From the NCBI RefSeq assembly GCF_000143415.4, contig NW_003314306.1, positions 163,620 to 227,619 of the forward strand: a DNA stretch of 64,000 nt, read 5' to 3'. The notes under the pieces were generated by a model. It made no database searches. It was not told where the DNA came from and saw only the letters and a list, made by a program, of their open reading frames with translations. Positions 22,770 through 35,224 of this stretch are shown here, piece after piece (the stretch's first letter is position 1; every line of letters begins with the position of its first letter). Origin of the DNA: Selaginella moellendorffii. Lineage: Eukaryota; Plantae; Lycopodiophyta. A program made the position numbers and the translations under genes.

Positions 22770-23297
22770 TCAAACGCATTGTCTAAACAGCTTCACATCA
22801 GTGATACCATCAATACCTGAAAGCTCGTCCCTCACAGCACGATATTCTATCCCAAACGCATTCAGCACAACATCCACATACCCATACCAGCGATCCCGAG
22901 AGTAAAGTTCCTCGAGGATGGAGTGGCACATATTTACGACACTGTCAACCATGTCTTCAAACGAGTGCACTACCTGCGTCGACGGAATCGAGCATATTCC
23001 ACCCCGATCTTCAGTCCATATCTGGTTCAGCACCCGGATCTCGACGCTCACCATGACGTTTCCGGCGAGCGTAGCAACCCACGAAAACCTATTGCCGGCT
23101 CTCACCTCGCGGCGAGGACCCAGGCCCCGTACGTGTTGTATCACTTGGGCCACAAGGTCTCTCACCTCACGTACAGTGAGCCTGTTGTAGTTCAGCAAGA
23201 ACCTGAAGAGCCCATGCTGGGGTGGAGGTGCGTCGCAAGTGTTAGCCATTGCCAAGAGGAAGATCATCCACAAGAGCAAACTCAAGAGGTTTGTCAT
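22770..23297 (-). CDS. Secreted protein of unknown function, paralog A (intronless)
   Basis: Signal peptide MTNLLSLLLWMIFLLAMANTCDA; 175-aa ORF conserved with the paralog at 24222-24752. Confidence 0.8.
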   Translation of the reverse strand: MTNLLSLLLWMIFLLAMANTCDAPPPQHGLFRFLLNYNRLTVREVRDLVAQVIQHVRGLGPRREVRAGNRFSWVATLAGNVMVSVEIRVLNQIWTEDRGGICSIPSTQVVHSFEDMVDSVVNMCHSILEELYSRDRWYGYVDVVLNAFGIEYRAVRDELSGIDGITDVKLFRQCV

Positions 23298-23895
23298 CAC
23301 AATCTTGAAATGTCCAAATATGAAATGCCAGAATATATAAGAAATGGTCGTATCAATTATACATTTGAGGTTTTTGTTTTTTTTTCTCTTGTTTGTTGAA
23401 ATTATTCAGATTCTCCTATGCTGTTTTGCTACCTGCCAGCTTCGATCTGTCCTAGGCAATTAAAATTATCCAGATGTTGGGCTGAGGTGAAACAATCTCG
23501 ATCCACCTTATACATGTTTCCTGTATTTCAATGAAATTATTCTACGTATCAATGATACATAGCAATAAGCTAATATCAATATTCCAGTCTAGAAACAGAA
23601 TAAAAAGATGGCGATAAAAAGACAAATAAATTTAAAACCATAGAAATAAACATTCAAAAAGAATACCATTCTCTACAGTATTCTCTATTTGGATTTCTGA
23701 CGCCTCATGGAGCCGGCATTGTGATCCTCTAGAAACTTTTTATTTGCCAGGTGTCCATCTTTGTATATAGGGCCTCCATTTCATTTTCTCCAATCCCATG
23801 ATCCTGGATAGAGAGTGCTATATGTTTGATTTCCAAACAAGATGAGGTTATTTATGATCCAGGATCTTCTTATAAAGAGACATTCAACAAAAAAA

Positions 23896-23980
23896 TGGGA
23901 TGAGAGAGGCTCGAACTCTCGACCTCAGGATTGCTTAGCAGCTATGAGACCTACGCGCTGACCAACTGCGCCACCATCCC
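23896..23980 (-). tRNA. tRNA-Met(CAT), elongator, with 11-nt intron (23932-23942)
   Basis: GGGATGGTGGCGCAGTTGGTCAGCGCGTAGGTCTCATA-intron-ATCCTGAGGTCGAGAGTTCGAGCCTCTCTCATCCCA, followed by a T7 terminator. Confidence 0.95.
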
Positions 23981-24221
23981 TTACATTATTTTAATCTATA
24001 AGATCATAATTCTTTCCAGTGTAGTTTTTCCACAAAGTCTCAAGAACTCTTTAGCAATTGCTGGAAAAGCAAGAATTGGCTACGTTCGCTTTGAATTTAG
24101 AAATTTTCTTTCACTGCCCATAATGTACTTAACATAATTGTTTAAAAGCGTTTAAATTTAAAGTAATTGTTAGCACCCAAAAACATGATATATATATATA
24201 TATAGACACACACACACACAT

Positions 24222-24752
24222 CTAGCCCATCGTATTGCAGTATCTAAAAAGCTTCACATCTCCATTAATATTTAAAAGCTCATCTCTTTGAACTTGATAT
24301 TCTATCCCAAATGCATTCAGCACAACATCCACATACCCGTACCAGCGATCCTGATTGTAGAGCTCCTCCAGGATGGAGTGGCACATATTTATGACATTAT
24401 CAACCATGTCTCCAAACTGGTACACCACCCGTGTTGAGGGAATGGAACATATCCCACCCTGATCTTCTCGCCATATCTCGTTCATCACCCGGAGCTGCAC
24501 GCTCACCACCACGTTTCCAGCCAGCGTAGTAACCCACGAAAATGTGTCGCCCACTCTCACCTCGTGGCGAGGCCCCAGGCCTCGCACATATTGTATCACT
24601 TGCCCCACAAGTTCTCTTACCTGAGCTACAGTGAGCCTGTTGTTGTTAAGCAGGAACCTGAAGAGCCCCTGCTCGGGTGGAGGTGCGTTGCAAGTGTGAG
24701 CCATTGCCAAAAGGAAGATCATCCACAGGAGAAAACGAAGGAGCTGTGTCAT
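24222..24752 (-). CDS. Secreted protein of unknown function, paralog B (intronless)
   Basis: MTQLLRFLLWMIFLLAMAHTCNAPPP...DRWYGYVDVVLNAFGIEY; colinear with paralog A. Confidence 0.8.
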   Translation of the reverse strand: MTQLLRFLLWMIFLLAMAHTCNAPPPEQGLFRFLLNNNRLTVAQVRELVGQVIQYVRGLGPRHEVRVGDTFSWVTTLAGNVVVSVQLRVMNEIWREDQGGICSIPSTRVVYQFGDMVDNVINMCHSILEELYNQDRWYGYVDVVLNAFGIEYQVQRDELLNINGDVKLFRYCNTMG

Positions 24753-24958
24753 GACAGTGCAAATATCAAAGACGCGATATAGTATGAGAATGAGGGAAAT
24801 GTCTGTCTCAATTCTCAATTTATAATTTGAGGTTTTTGTTTTTCTCTCTCTTTGTTTTGCTGAAATAATTTAGATTCTTTTCTGTTTGTAGTTTCTTTAA
24901 ATATATATTTATATGAAATTATCCAGATAACAAAAAATATTAACAACTCTTTTGTTAA

Positions 24959-25039
24959 GTTGAGATGGCCGAGTTGGTCTAAGGCGCCAGATTAAGGTTC
25001 TGGTCCGCAAGGGCGTGGGTTCGAATCCCACTCTCAACA
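24959..25039 (+). tRNA. tRNA-Leu(AAG)
   Basis: GTTGAGATGGCCGAGTTGGTCTAAGGCGCCAGATTAAGGTTCTGGTCCGCAAGGGCGTGGGTTCGAATCCCACTCTCAACA. Confidence 0.96.
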
Positions 25040-25042
25040 CAT

Positions 25043-25225
25043 TTCTTGCTCCAGTTTATCACCTATCTTTATATCTTGCTCCAACGCTACTCTTTATCTT
25101 CAAATCTTGATCACAAATCTTTATATCTTGCTCCAGTCTATCACTAATCTTCATATCTTGATCACTAATCTTTATCCTCAAATCTAGATCACAAATCTTT
25201 ATATCTTGCTCCAGTTTATCACTAA
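25043..25225. repeat. Degenerate tandem repeat (ATCTTTATATCTTGCTCCAG(T)TTATCAC-type units) directly after tRNA-Leu
   Basis: Repeated ATCTTGCTCCA and ATCAC(A/T)AATCTT motifs. Confidence 0.7.
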
Positions 25226-25251
25226 ACAGTTTCCGAAAGAATATTGGGTAC

Positions 25252-28200
25252 CTATACTCCAAGGTCGGACAGGAGTTGCTTCACGCAAGGCCTTACTCCT
25301 CCACTTGGTGCCGTGATCAGCGAGTCCTGACCCAGGCAATCGCGAAGGATATCTGCTGGTTCTTTGGCACCACCGTGCTGAAGAATTCCCCGCCTTAGAG
25401 TTTGCCCTGTCTCCAGGCTTAGAGGGTTCGCAGCGCAAACTTTTTGCCAGATGCTAGCTGCGATGCACCGTGCATACAAGTAGCTGTAGTATCCTGGAAC
25501 ACAAGCACCCCTGTCAGGAGCAAATCTGGGAAGCAAAGCACGGCTTACCAGCGCCATAAGTTATCATGTGTCCAAATTTCGATTGCCAGTGCGTGCCTTC
25601 GATGTGCTTCCAGTTTTTGCTGAGCTCTTGCATCTCCACGAGCACTCCAGTAGTGCCGCCAGCAGGTAAAGGTTGCGGTCCGAAAAACTTTTGATCCACC
25701 ATGGCATACAAGACCTGGAGAGATTTTAAATTAGTGGAGTCGTGTCGCGTCTACTGCAACCCATACCTGTCTCAGTAACTCCGTGACACCAAGCATCTTT
25801 TTCGCTTGGTTCATTGATACCACCATCTTCTCTGGAATCGTTTCGCCAGCTGAGTTTTGTGCGAAGGTTTTCAACACTTGATAGTCCCAAGCAAAGCATC
25901 TGGAAAATGAAAATTAGTAACTAGAACATGAAGTTTTAAACCTTTAAACTTACTCGAATACGTTTGAAGGTGTTTCCGCAAAGTCAATAACTGTTCTCGT
26001 CCCAGAAAAATGTTGATACTCCTGCGATAAGTGAAGGTTGAAAAAAAAAAAAAAAAGGCAGCAATATTTTCGTACCGTTCGTGATAAAAGCGAATGAAGA
26101 GCATGGCCGAACTCGTGGAAAAGGTTTTCCACCTCCCAATGATGTAGTAACGCAGACATTGACGACAGAGGCTTAGAAAAATTACAGACCAATGCGACCA
26201 CCTGAAGACAGAGAAACTCAGCAGTGAAGAAGTATTAGGAAGAAAAGTGATCGTACTGGCAATTGGTATTCAGTCTCGGATGTTCTACGCCCGCCTTTGA
26301 GAGTAAAGTGAGCGCAATTTGGGTATTTTTCTTTCCGCGAATACAAGTCCAGAAACATATGGCCTAAACAACCCTGAAGAAAATTGTTTTGATCAAGGTG
26401 CCATGTAGCAAACAGAAGTCTTTTACCTCGGTGCTATGCCGAAGTTCCCACTTTTGAACGTCAGAATGCCATACTTCTCCAGGTGCTACGGAAACTTGTT
26501 CAAAAGACGCATCGAACAGGGATTTTACAATCACTTTAAGACCATTCATGCATCGCTCAAGTGGAAAATACGAGGAGATTACCTGGAACAAAATAGCTCA
26601 GAAGCATTCTTAAGCATGAGCTTTAATTTTACCTTGGAGTCTAAATTTTGAGCACGAGCTTTGTACATACCAGTGTAATATGCTTCATCCCACGGCTCGA
26701 TTGAGCTGCTACGTGCAAAACTCTCGAGCATTTTCAACTCCTGCACAGCCTCCAAGATTTAGCCAAAGTGCTGAAGCCTTTGCCAAGAACGGAACCTCGT
26801 TTGCTTTAGATTGCGTTTGCGATAAAAGATCGTGCAGGAAAGATTGGACAACTTCGGAAGATCCTGCCATAGTTGGAGCAGTTGCAAATTCAGCATATGA
26901 ATTGAATCCTATAAGCTGGAAAAAGAGACATCAGCTGGAGTAAGAAGCTGATGAGCATACCTGGGCAAGTTCATGCCTGGATTCAATTAGCTTATCCAGG
27001 ACCAAAAGGTTGTTCTTCGCAGTACTGTGACTGCAAATATAGACTTCTTTCCTGATCTGTATGTAGCATGCCTTGATCAGTGATGCACTATTTACAAAGA
27101 GAGCTCACCTCAGCATCTGGTACCCACTTGAGCACACTCGAAACAACTCCAGCATCGGTGCTTATACGTAGCCCAGTGTCTTCGCTCTTACTTTTCCAGC
27201 TTTTCGAATGGCTGCGTATCGGTTGCATTAAGTGGTGCAAACTTTCCGGTACTTTTGATGCTGGGAAAACATCGACATGGCCCTGAGATAGCTGCATATT
27301 TTCTGTAAACCTGTTCGTTACACGTCAAGTGCCAGTTTACAAGAAAATGCAAGCTTACTCTCTTCCTAGTCGCGTAATCTCAAGGTTCAACTCATTCACA
27401 CGCTCCATCTTTTCTGAAATTTATGAGCCTGATGTCTGTTTAAAGCAAATTCTTGAGCTTACCAGGAGGTAGATGGATTCCACCCCTTTCAAAATCAATT
27501 CTTAAGGTTTTTGCAGCTCTCTTGGCTTCTTCCGTAGTCAAAGCATCCGAGCTCTCAACATGGACGACGGCGTCATAGAGAGATTTGTGAGTGTTAAGGT
27601 ACTGCAAAACATCTATGAGTAACTCTGGTCCGTCTTTGAGAAGCAACTTACATGCAAATATTTGTACAATTTCAACGATGCGGCATTCGCTTCGTCCACA
27701 TACTCCCTGCTCGTGGAAACGAGGAAGATGAGCACGAGATTGAAAACATTTCAAGGGCGCAGCACCTTACTTGTCAGGATGAGTATTTCTACAGAGCTCC
27801 GCAGCATCAACAACCATGCACACCTGATCCAAAACAAAAGCAGAAGGAACTAAACTAGAAAGCAATGCCAGGAGCTTACAGTGTTGGAGATGTCATCCAT
27901 ACACTTGATGGTCTCCATGGACGGCGGAAGCTCTTTGACACGCGCAATGAGATCCTCAGACCTGTTACAAAAGAAAAAAAAACCTCCATTTTAGCAAAAA
28001 CCGCAGAAACAATCGCTGAAAACTCACTTCGCAATCGCTGTTTCAGCAAATGCACGAAATCCCTTGGCAGTTTTCAAAGCTTCATATCCATACAATCCCA
28101 CCGGATTCTTTCTCAGGAGCTCGTGTGCATCCCTTCCATCGTCGGGCGATACCACGCATTCCAACTCAGCCACAGACGAGGAGCAAGGATCCTGCCGCTG

Positions 28201-28284
28201 CTTCGATCCATGGCCGGCAATGTAGCGCCTGGATTGCGACCACAAGCGCGAGGAATTCCGCCTCGCAGCTCCCCAGCGCAGCAT
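25252..28284 (-). CDS. OCT1: Mitochondrial intermediate peptidase (M3 metallopeptidase, MIP/OCT1); multi-exon
   Basis: Arg-rich presequence; LFHEFGHALHSLLSRT; GTRTVIDFAETPSNVFE; FGHMITYGAG|YYSYLYAR. Confidence 0.92.
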
Positions 28285-28359
28285 CACCGCCCGCTTCCAA
28301 CCCTAAAACCCTAAATATAATTTAAATATAATCAAGATTAAATCCAACTCCATAGCTAT

Positions 28360-30816
28360 TCACATAGCTAAGCTTGCATAGATATCACTCATGAGTATGT
28401 AATCAGCTGAGTCTTTGCCACCAGCAGCCACTAGTGCATCAAATGCAATCCTTGCAATTCTGAGGTTTCTCCATTTCTTGCAAGAACCCAGCAAAGTCCT
28501 CCAGATGACAGCATCAGCTCCAGTTCCTGGAATGCTCTGGACAAGAGCCAGTGCTTCCTCTAGCATGTTGGATCTGCCCAGCAAATCAACCATGCAATTG
28601 TAGTGACTCCCATCCAAGCTCTCAATCCCACACTCTTGGGCCATGAATTCAAAGTACAGCTTCCCTTCCCTCACCAGGCCCATATGACTACAAGCCATCA
28701 AAATGCAGGTGAGTGTGATGCCATTCATCTGAACACCACCATCTCTAATCTGCTCTGCAAGAGCAAACACCTGTGAGTAATTTCCATTTGAGCTGTACCC
28801 TGCTATCAAGGTGTTCCATGATATTATGTCTGGGGAGCTCATGCTGTTGAAGATCTCCTCAGCCCTTCTCGTGCTACCACATTTCATGTAGAAATCCACA
28901 AGTGCAGTTGCAACCACTTGATCTTGCTCTAATCCAGCTCTGCAAATTCTGATGTGGATTTGTTGCCCAGCTGATAGTGTGGCTAAGGATTCACAGGCCT
29001 TGAGTGCAGTAACATAGGTGAATGTGTCTGGTTCACAGTCCATTCTAGCAAATACTTCCAAAGCTAGCAAGCTTTCCCCATTCTCTGTGTAACCAAGTAT
29101 CAAGGAAGTCCATGTTACAACATCTGGATGGGGTATCTTATCAAATATTTCTCTGGCATTTGCCATGCACCCACATTTGCTATACATGTCTAGCAAGGTG
29201 GTGGAGATGGATTTATCAGATTCCAAACCACTTGCTTGGACTTTTTTGTGGATCAAAATACCCTTTTCAAGGCAAAACTGCTTCTGTGATTTGTTCTCAC
29301 TTGCCAGATTCCCGCATGCTTTGAGTGCACTGATATATGTCACAGAGCTTGGTTCACAACCAAGATCAAAGAAAAGCTCAATGGCTCTAGCGCTTTCAGC
29401 ATTCTCGGCATATCCCAGGATCAGAGAATTGCATGCAACCACGTCTCGATCGATAGTTCTATCAAAAACGTTTTTCGCGATTTCTAAGCTGCCACACTTG
29501 CAATACATGTCTATCAACATGTTTGCCACAATCACATTGGATTCTAAGCCCCGGGCTCTGATTGTTTTATGAATTGCAAGTCCCTTTTCAAGGTAAAACT
29601 TCTTTGATTTTGAATCTTTGGCCAAAAGCCCGCATGCCTTAAGCACAGCCACAAAGGTGACATAGCTGGGCTCACAATCCATGTAGTTAACGTATATATT
29701 TAATGCTACAAAACTCTCCCCATTCTCAACATATCCCCAGATGAGAGAGTTCCAAGTCACAACATTTCTATGCTTCATTGTATCAAAAACTTTCCTAGCA
29801 AGAAACATGGCTCCACACTTGCTATACATGTCTATCAAAGCGCTAGCCACAACTATATCACCCCCAAATCCAAGTTTGCTTGCTTGTTTGTGGATCAACA
29901 TCCCCCTCCCGAGACAAACTTCCTTTTGGTACTCACTCTCACAAGCCAAACTCTTGCATGCCGTGAGCGCTCCAACAAAGCTCACAGAGCTGGGATCACA
30001 GTCCATGCTCGCAAAGAGTTCCAAAGCACGCAAGCTTTGCCCGTTTGCGGCATATCCAAGAATGAGCGAGTTCCAGGAAATATGATCTCGTCGGCTAATC
30101 TTATCAAAAACATCTTGAGCAATTTTCATGTTTCCACACTTGCCATACATGTCCACCAAAGTATTTGCCACAACTACATTAGATTCCAGCCTTTTAGCTT
30201 TTACTTTCTTATGGATCTCGATTCCCCTCTCTAGGAAAAAGGTCTTGTCTTTGGATTCTTGAGCCAAGCAACCCAAGGCCTTGAGCACAGCCACGAAAGT
30301 GAAAGAATCTGGCTCGCAATCCATCTCATTGAAGAGATTCAAAGCTCTCGAGCTCTCTCCATTCTCGACGTATCCCAGGATGAGCGACGTCCATGCAACA
30401 ACATCCCGGTGGATCATCCCATCAAAAACTTCTTGCGCCAGGATCATACTCGAGAAAATGCCGTACATTTTGATGAGCGCCGCGGCTATGTACTTGTTGG
30501 TGTGAAATCCCGCAGCAAATGCCTCTTGGTGGAGAAACTTCCCATTTGCCAAGTCCCGGCATTTTCTGAGAGACACGACAATCTCCAAAGCAGTCTTTAG
30601 CTTGATGTGTGTTCTAGCTCGCTTTGGATTTGCAGCTTCCGAGTTTGTGGTACTCCGCGAAAATTCTGGATTTGCAACTTTTAAGTTTGTGATGCTCCGT
30701 GAAAATTTTGGATTTGCAACTTCCAAGTTAGTGATGCTCCTTGGAGTAGCCTAGAAAAATCACGTTAGAATATAATCTCTTCCTCCAAATTGTCTTACTC
30801 TAGATTCGAGGAGCAT
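28360..30816 (-). CDS. PLS-class PPR protein with E domain; short first exon MLLESR (intron 30751-30798)
   Basis: Many P-L-S motifs (LVDMYGKCG, WNSLILGYAENG); HYNCMVDLLGRS; WRTLLGSC; YILMSDIYA; a 48-nt GTAAG..TAG intron restores an ATG. Confidence 0.88.
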
Positions 30817-30988
30817 ACTTTTAACTTTGCATTTACTCCTTAGGGCTTTTCTAGGGTTTATGGAATAGTTTTAACTTTGAATGTACCCGCGAACTCCTTA
30901 GGGCTTCCCTAGGAGACGATCCACAACGGGCTAAGCGTGAGCGCAGCGAAGACAGGTCCGATCGCTCCATTGCATCGTCCAAGATCGC

Positions 30989-32440
30989 AATGGCGGCCGT
31001 GGCCGCGGCCTCAGCACACCAAGTCCCTTGCTGCCGTGAGGATCGCTGCCACCGCCGCTCTTGAAGATGACAAGCTGCGAGAGGAATGCGGCGTTCTTGG
31101 GATGCTCCAGGCGTGGGGAGAGGGCGAGGGCAGCGCCTCCATTGCCGATCTCCTACCAGGCATTGAGCAGGCTATTGGAGGGCGCCGGGATTGTGACTTG
31201 CGACGAGCAGGGATTCTTTCACGAGGTGAAAGGATTGGGGCTCGTCTCCAAGGTCTTACAATGTTCGTGAGCTTCTCAAGAGCAATGCGAGCTCCATCGG
31301 TCACGTAAGACATGGCACGGCAGGGATGTCGAGCCTGGCGAACGTCCAGCCCTTTGGGATGGATCTGGGCGATGGAAAGATGCTATGGATAGCTCACAAT
31401 GGAAACATCGTCAACTATGAGGAGCTGAGATCCAAGCTAGAAGCCAAAGGCTGTGAGTTCCACAGCTCCTCCGACTCGGAACTGATCCTCCACCTGGCGA
31501 GGAGGCGCCGCTGCTGGGAAAGATCTGCTTGGCTTGCGAGCAGCTAGACGGAGCTTTCAGCTTGATCTTCATGACTTCGGAGATGGTGGTGGCGGTGAGG
31601 GATCCTCGCGGCTTTCAGCCGCTGGTGCACGGTGGTTTTCGCGTCGGAGACTTGCGCCTTCAATCTTATCCACGCCAGGTACGAGAGGGAAGTCGAGCCG
31701 GGGGAAGTTTTGGTGGCGACCAAGTCGGAGAATGGCCGCGGCAGCGTGAACGTAGAACATTTCCACGAGCTCGAGAAGGCCGAGTCTCTGAAGCTGTGCT
31801 TGTTCGAGCTCTTCTACTTGTCCTGGGCGGATTCCTTCCTCTTTGGAACCTCACCAGATACAGGCTTGGCGAGCTTCCAGCCGAGGATTTCCCAGTGGAC
31901 TGTGACTTCGCCATGGCGATGCCAGATTCCGGGATGGTGTCGCTGCTCGGCTACGCGAGCAAGCTCGGGATTCCAATCCAGCAGGCGCTCATCCGGTCGC
32001 ACGACTCGTCTCGGACTTTCATCCAGCCGCGAGAAGTTGACCGGAAGCGCAAGGTTTTGATGAAGCTGGCTCCGGTTCCGGAGATCCTGGAAGGCAAGAA
32101 GGTGGTCGTGGTGGACGACTCCATCGTTCGCGGGACAACTTCCAGGATCATCGTCGAGATCTTGCGGTCGGCTGGAGCGAGAGAAGTTCACTTGAGGATC
32201 CCGAGTCCTCCGGTGATCGACAGCTGCTACTACGGAGTTGACACTCCCACAAAGGAGGAGCTGCTGCTGTTTAAGATGTCGCAAGCCGAGGCTTGCGAGT
32301 ACATTGGAGCCGACTCGCTCGAGTTCTTGTCGCTGGAGAGGATCAAAGCAAAGATAGGGAATGGCCGCCATTTTTGCTATGTGTGCTTCACTGGGTGTCA
32401 CATTGGGTGCTCCAAACGAGCTGTGGAATTGGCAGTTTGA
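30989..32440 (+). pseudogene. ASE: Amidophosphoribosyltransferase (PurF/ASE) pseudogene
   Basis: DKLREECGV, AHNGNIVNY, RDPRGF, FASETCAF, VVVVDDSIVRGTTS, CYYGVDTP spread across different frames, with deletions. Confidence 0.88.
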
Positions 32441-32453
32441 TCTTGGGGAGGGG

Positions 32454-32478
32454 GAGAGAGAGAGAGAGAGAGAGAGAG
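32454..32478. repeat. (GA)n microsatellite
   Basis: Direct reading. Confidence 0.9.
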
Positions 32479-32620
32479 CTCGAGCTCGCTCTAAGTAAAG
32501 GAACTTGTTTCCCGCCATTTTGTTTTGTTCTAGGTCTAGGGCTTTTGTTTTGGCGCCGGGAGGTAAGGGATGAATCGCGCTCTCCATGGATGAGCAATCG
32601 GCGCGTGCTTTGATCCAGGC

Positions 32621-34342
32621 ATGGCGGATTCGTCCTCCGAGGCGGGGATTATCGAGCAGCTGCGAGCGCTCGTTTCGGATCTGTCGCTCATGGTGAGATG
32701 ACGTTTTCTCTCTGTTTCACTTCTTCGTGTGTTTCTAGGTCTCGTATAAGTGGCTGAGCAGGAAGTTTCTTATTTCATCCAATGTGGCAAAACGGTATGC
32801 TCGTCCTCTCCTATTTGGTTCTTTTTTTTTTTTTATCTTCAAAGCATTTGCAGGCTGCTCTACAAGTTTGTAGAAAAATACGGGGACGGCTTGGAAGTCT
32901 TGTACTCTGTTTCGGGATGGACTCAAAGCCAACCTCGGAGTTATTCTGTTAAAGTAGTCAAGCTATCGCAGCTTGAAGGTCTACCGATTTTGACAGTTCT
33001 TCTCTGCTCTGGAAATGACTTTCGAATTTTTTTCTTGATAGGAGCCAAAGCTCTTCTCGCGGAAGGGTCCTCCGTTCACATCTACAGCATCCAAGCTTCT
33101 GTCCCTAGAGATCCAGCGCTGGTGTGGAGTCCAGACAACGTCCAAGCCGAGGAGTTTTTTAACCAGCCTCTCGATGCTGTTAATTGCCTTCGTGATAACA
33201 GGTACGTATGAAAAAGCTCGTAGTGGCCGATGATACCATCCTTTTATGTCAGGTTTAGCGGAGTATCATGTTCTCTCGTGAAACGGGATAACAAAGGAAC
33301 AGTTTCCAGTTCTGCTCCAGCCTCTGAAAAACCATCATTACCGCTGCCGCCTAAACCAGCTCTTATGAAGAATGAGACGAGCATTGCCGCGAAAGCTTCA
33401 AATGGTGAAACAAGTAATCCGTCAGGAAGTTCAAAGCAGGCGAACTCTACAAGGGGTGACAAAGGTAACGTCAGTGCAGGGACGGTAAAACAAGAAAATG
33501 GTGAAGGAAGGCGCGATGCAAACAAGCGCAAGGAAGGGAGTACTACAGCGCAAGGAAGCTCGATAGCCAACTTATGGGGGCGTCCATCAAACAATTCAAA
33601 GGCAAGTCCACCAAAGAATGATTCTCCTCAAAAGCCATTACCCGGTGAGTGTGTGAGTTTGTTCTTTCTGCCGCGGTTATCTGATTTACTTTCTTATAGG
33701 AAATGCCGATGCTTGCATAAATGCACTGGAAGAGCATGAAAACGGTGGTAGCAGTGACGACGATATTACAAACTTTCGCCGCCTCAGGCGGGGTGGACAG
33801 AAGCGAAGGGTTGTTCTCGACGACGAAGTGTCAGAGCTCAAGGAAGAAGAAGCAGCTTCGGAAGAAAAGGAAGAGGAAGAAGAAGAACAAGTCATCAGCC
33901 TCATCTCTCCAGAGAAGAAAATCGAAGAGACGAAGCACGAAGATAAAGCATCAAATTCAAACTCGAGGAGCGGTGACGATAAACGCATGGACCCCAAAAA
34001 GAAGAGAAAAGTCCTCAGAACACGCATTGATGAGCGAGGACGCGAAGGTATGGGCTTCCATCGTTTCTCCGTTTTATTATCGCAAAGCTGATCGATGGAT
34101 TTGCAGTGACCGAGGTTGTCTGGGATACGGAAGAACCCGAAAGCTCGAAGATAGAAGAGATAGAAAAGGTGAAAGCTCCCAACAAAACTGCTGCTCCACC
34201 ACCGCCACCTCCAGCAAGCAAGCATCCTGCTTCCAAGGCCTCCACCAGCAAAGTTTCCACAAAACCTTCGTCCAAGCCGGGCAAAAAAGCCGCTTGCGGT
34301 CCTCAACAAGGCAGCATAACTTCGTTCTTCAAGAAAAAGTGA
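32621..34342 (+). CDS. POLD3: DNA polymerase delta subunit 3 (POLD3/Cdc27); multi-exon
   Basis: VSYKWLSRKFLISSNVAK, VHIYSIQA, NCLRDNR, KRKVLRTRIDERGRE|VTEVVW, C-terminal PIP box QGSITSFF. Confidence 0.92.
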
Positions 34343-35224
34343 GCTTCAAACGCTTTGTCTAATGGTTTTATTCCAGAATGATCTCTCTGGAGACATCCAC
34401 AGCTTCTGAGCTAAATCTTATTCTCCTCCAAACCAGTGCTGGTGGAATGAAGAAAAAAAAAAGGAAAACTAAGAGTTAAAGATCAAACAATGGGCTCCAT
34501 CCAAGTCGCGTGCTTCAAGCTCACTCTGGAACTATAAAATCAAGTTATTCCTCTATCAAATCGACCGCCACCTTTTCGGGGTTGTGTGTGCCAGCTGATA
34601 ACTTATAAGAGAATCTGAGAGAAAAACAAAAGAAAGTACTTCGAAAGGATTACATCTAATGAGAATCTCGCTCTTTGATCATATAAAACCTTGGTTGACG
34701 ATGTTTCAATTCTGTCAACTTGAGTAATTGATGACAGCCTTGAAATGTATGTGCTGTTTGTTCTTATCACACAGCACAGAATTTGGCATTGATTCCGGAA
34801 TGGGCTTTTCTAGAAATCGCTCCAGAAAAGCATAGCAAAAATTTGATGATCTCATTTGAAAGATCGTCAAATCAATACCTTGAGGAAACAAAGTATTCGT
34901 CTCATAGAAAACTCGTGAACGGGATCCTGACGAATCGAAGCTGCTCCAACGCCGCCATCGCTCGATCGCTATTCCCAGATTTCGCGTATCGTCGTGGCGC
35001 GGTTTGGACCGTTAGATCTTGATCCTGGATCCGACGGCATCGCGTATATCTCCTCGGCGATGGAATATTAGGGTTCTTGCGCGGCATGCCGCCGGGGTGC
35101 TCGAGTCGCAATGTGGGATCCATGACGCTCCCTGGCGATGGATTTCGCCGGGGAGAAGCTGAGAAGCTGAATCGCGAGTGATAATCTCTGTGCTCGAGCG
35201 AATTCGTTGTGATTTCTGGCCGCA

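Noticed and set aside
23800-23895. Dicistronic tRNA-snoRNA after tRNA-Met (also checked after tRNA-Gly at 41467)
   Set aside because: Oligo-T terminators follow closely and no C/D box pair is evident
25043-25225. CRISPR-like array (also considered for 3097-3221 and 57365-57860)
   Set aside because: Eukaryotic context, degenerate repeats, no unique regular spacers and no cas genes
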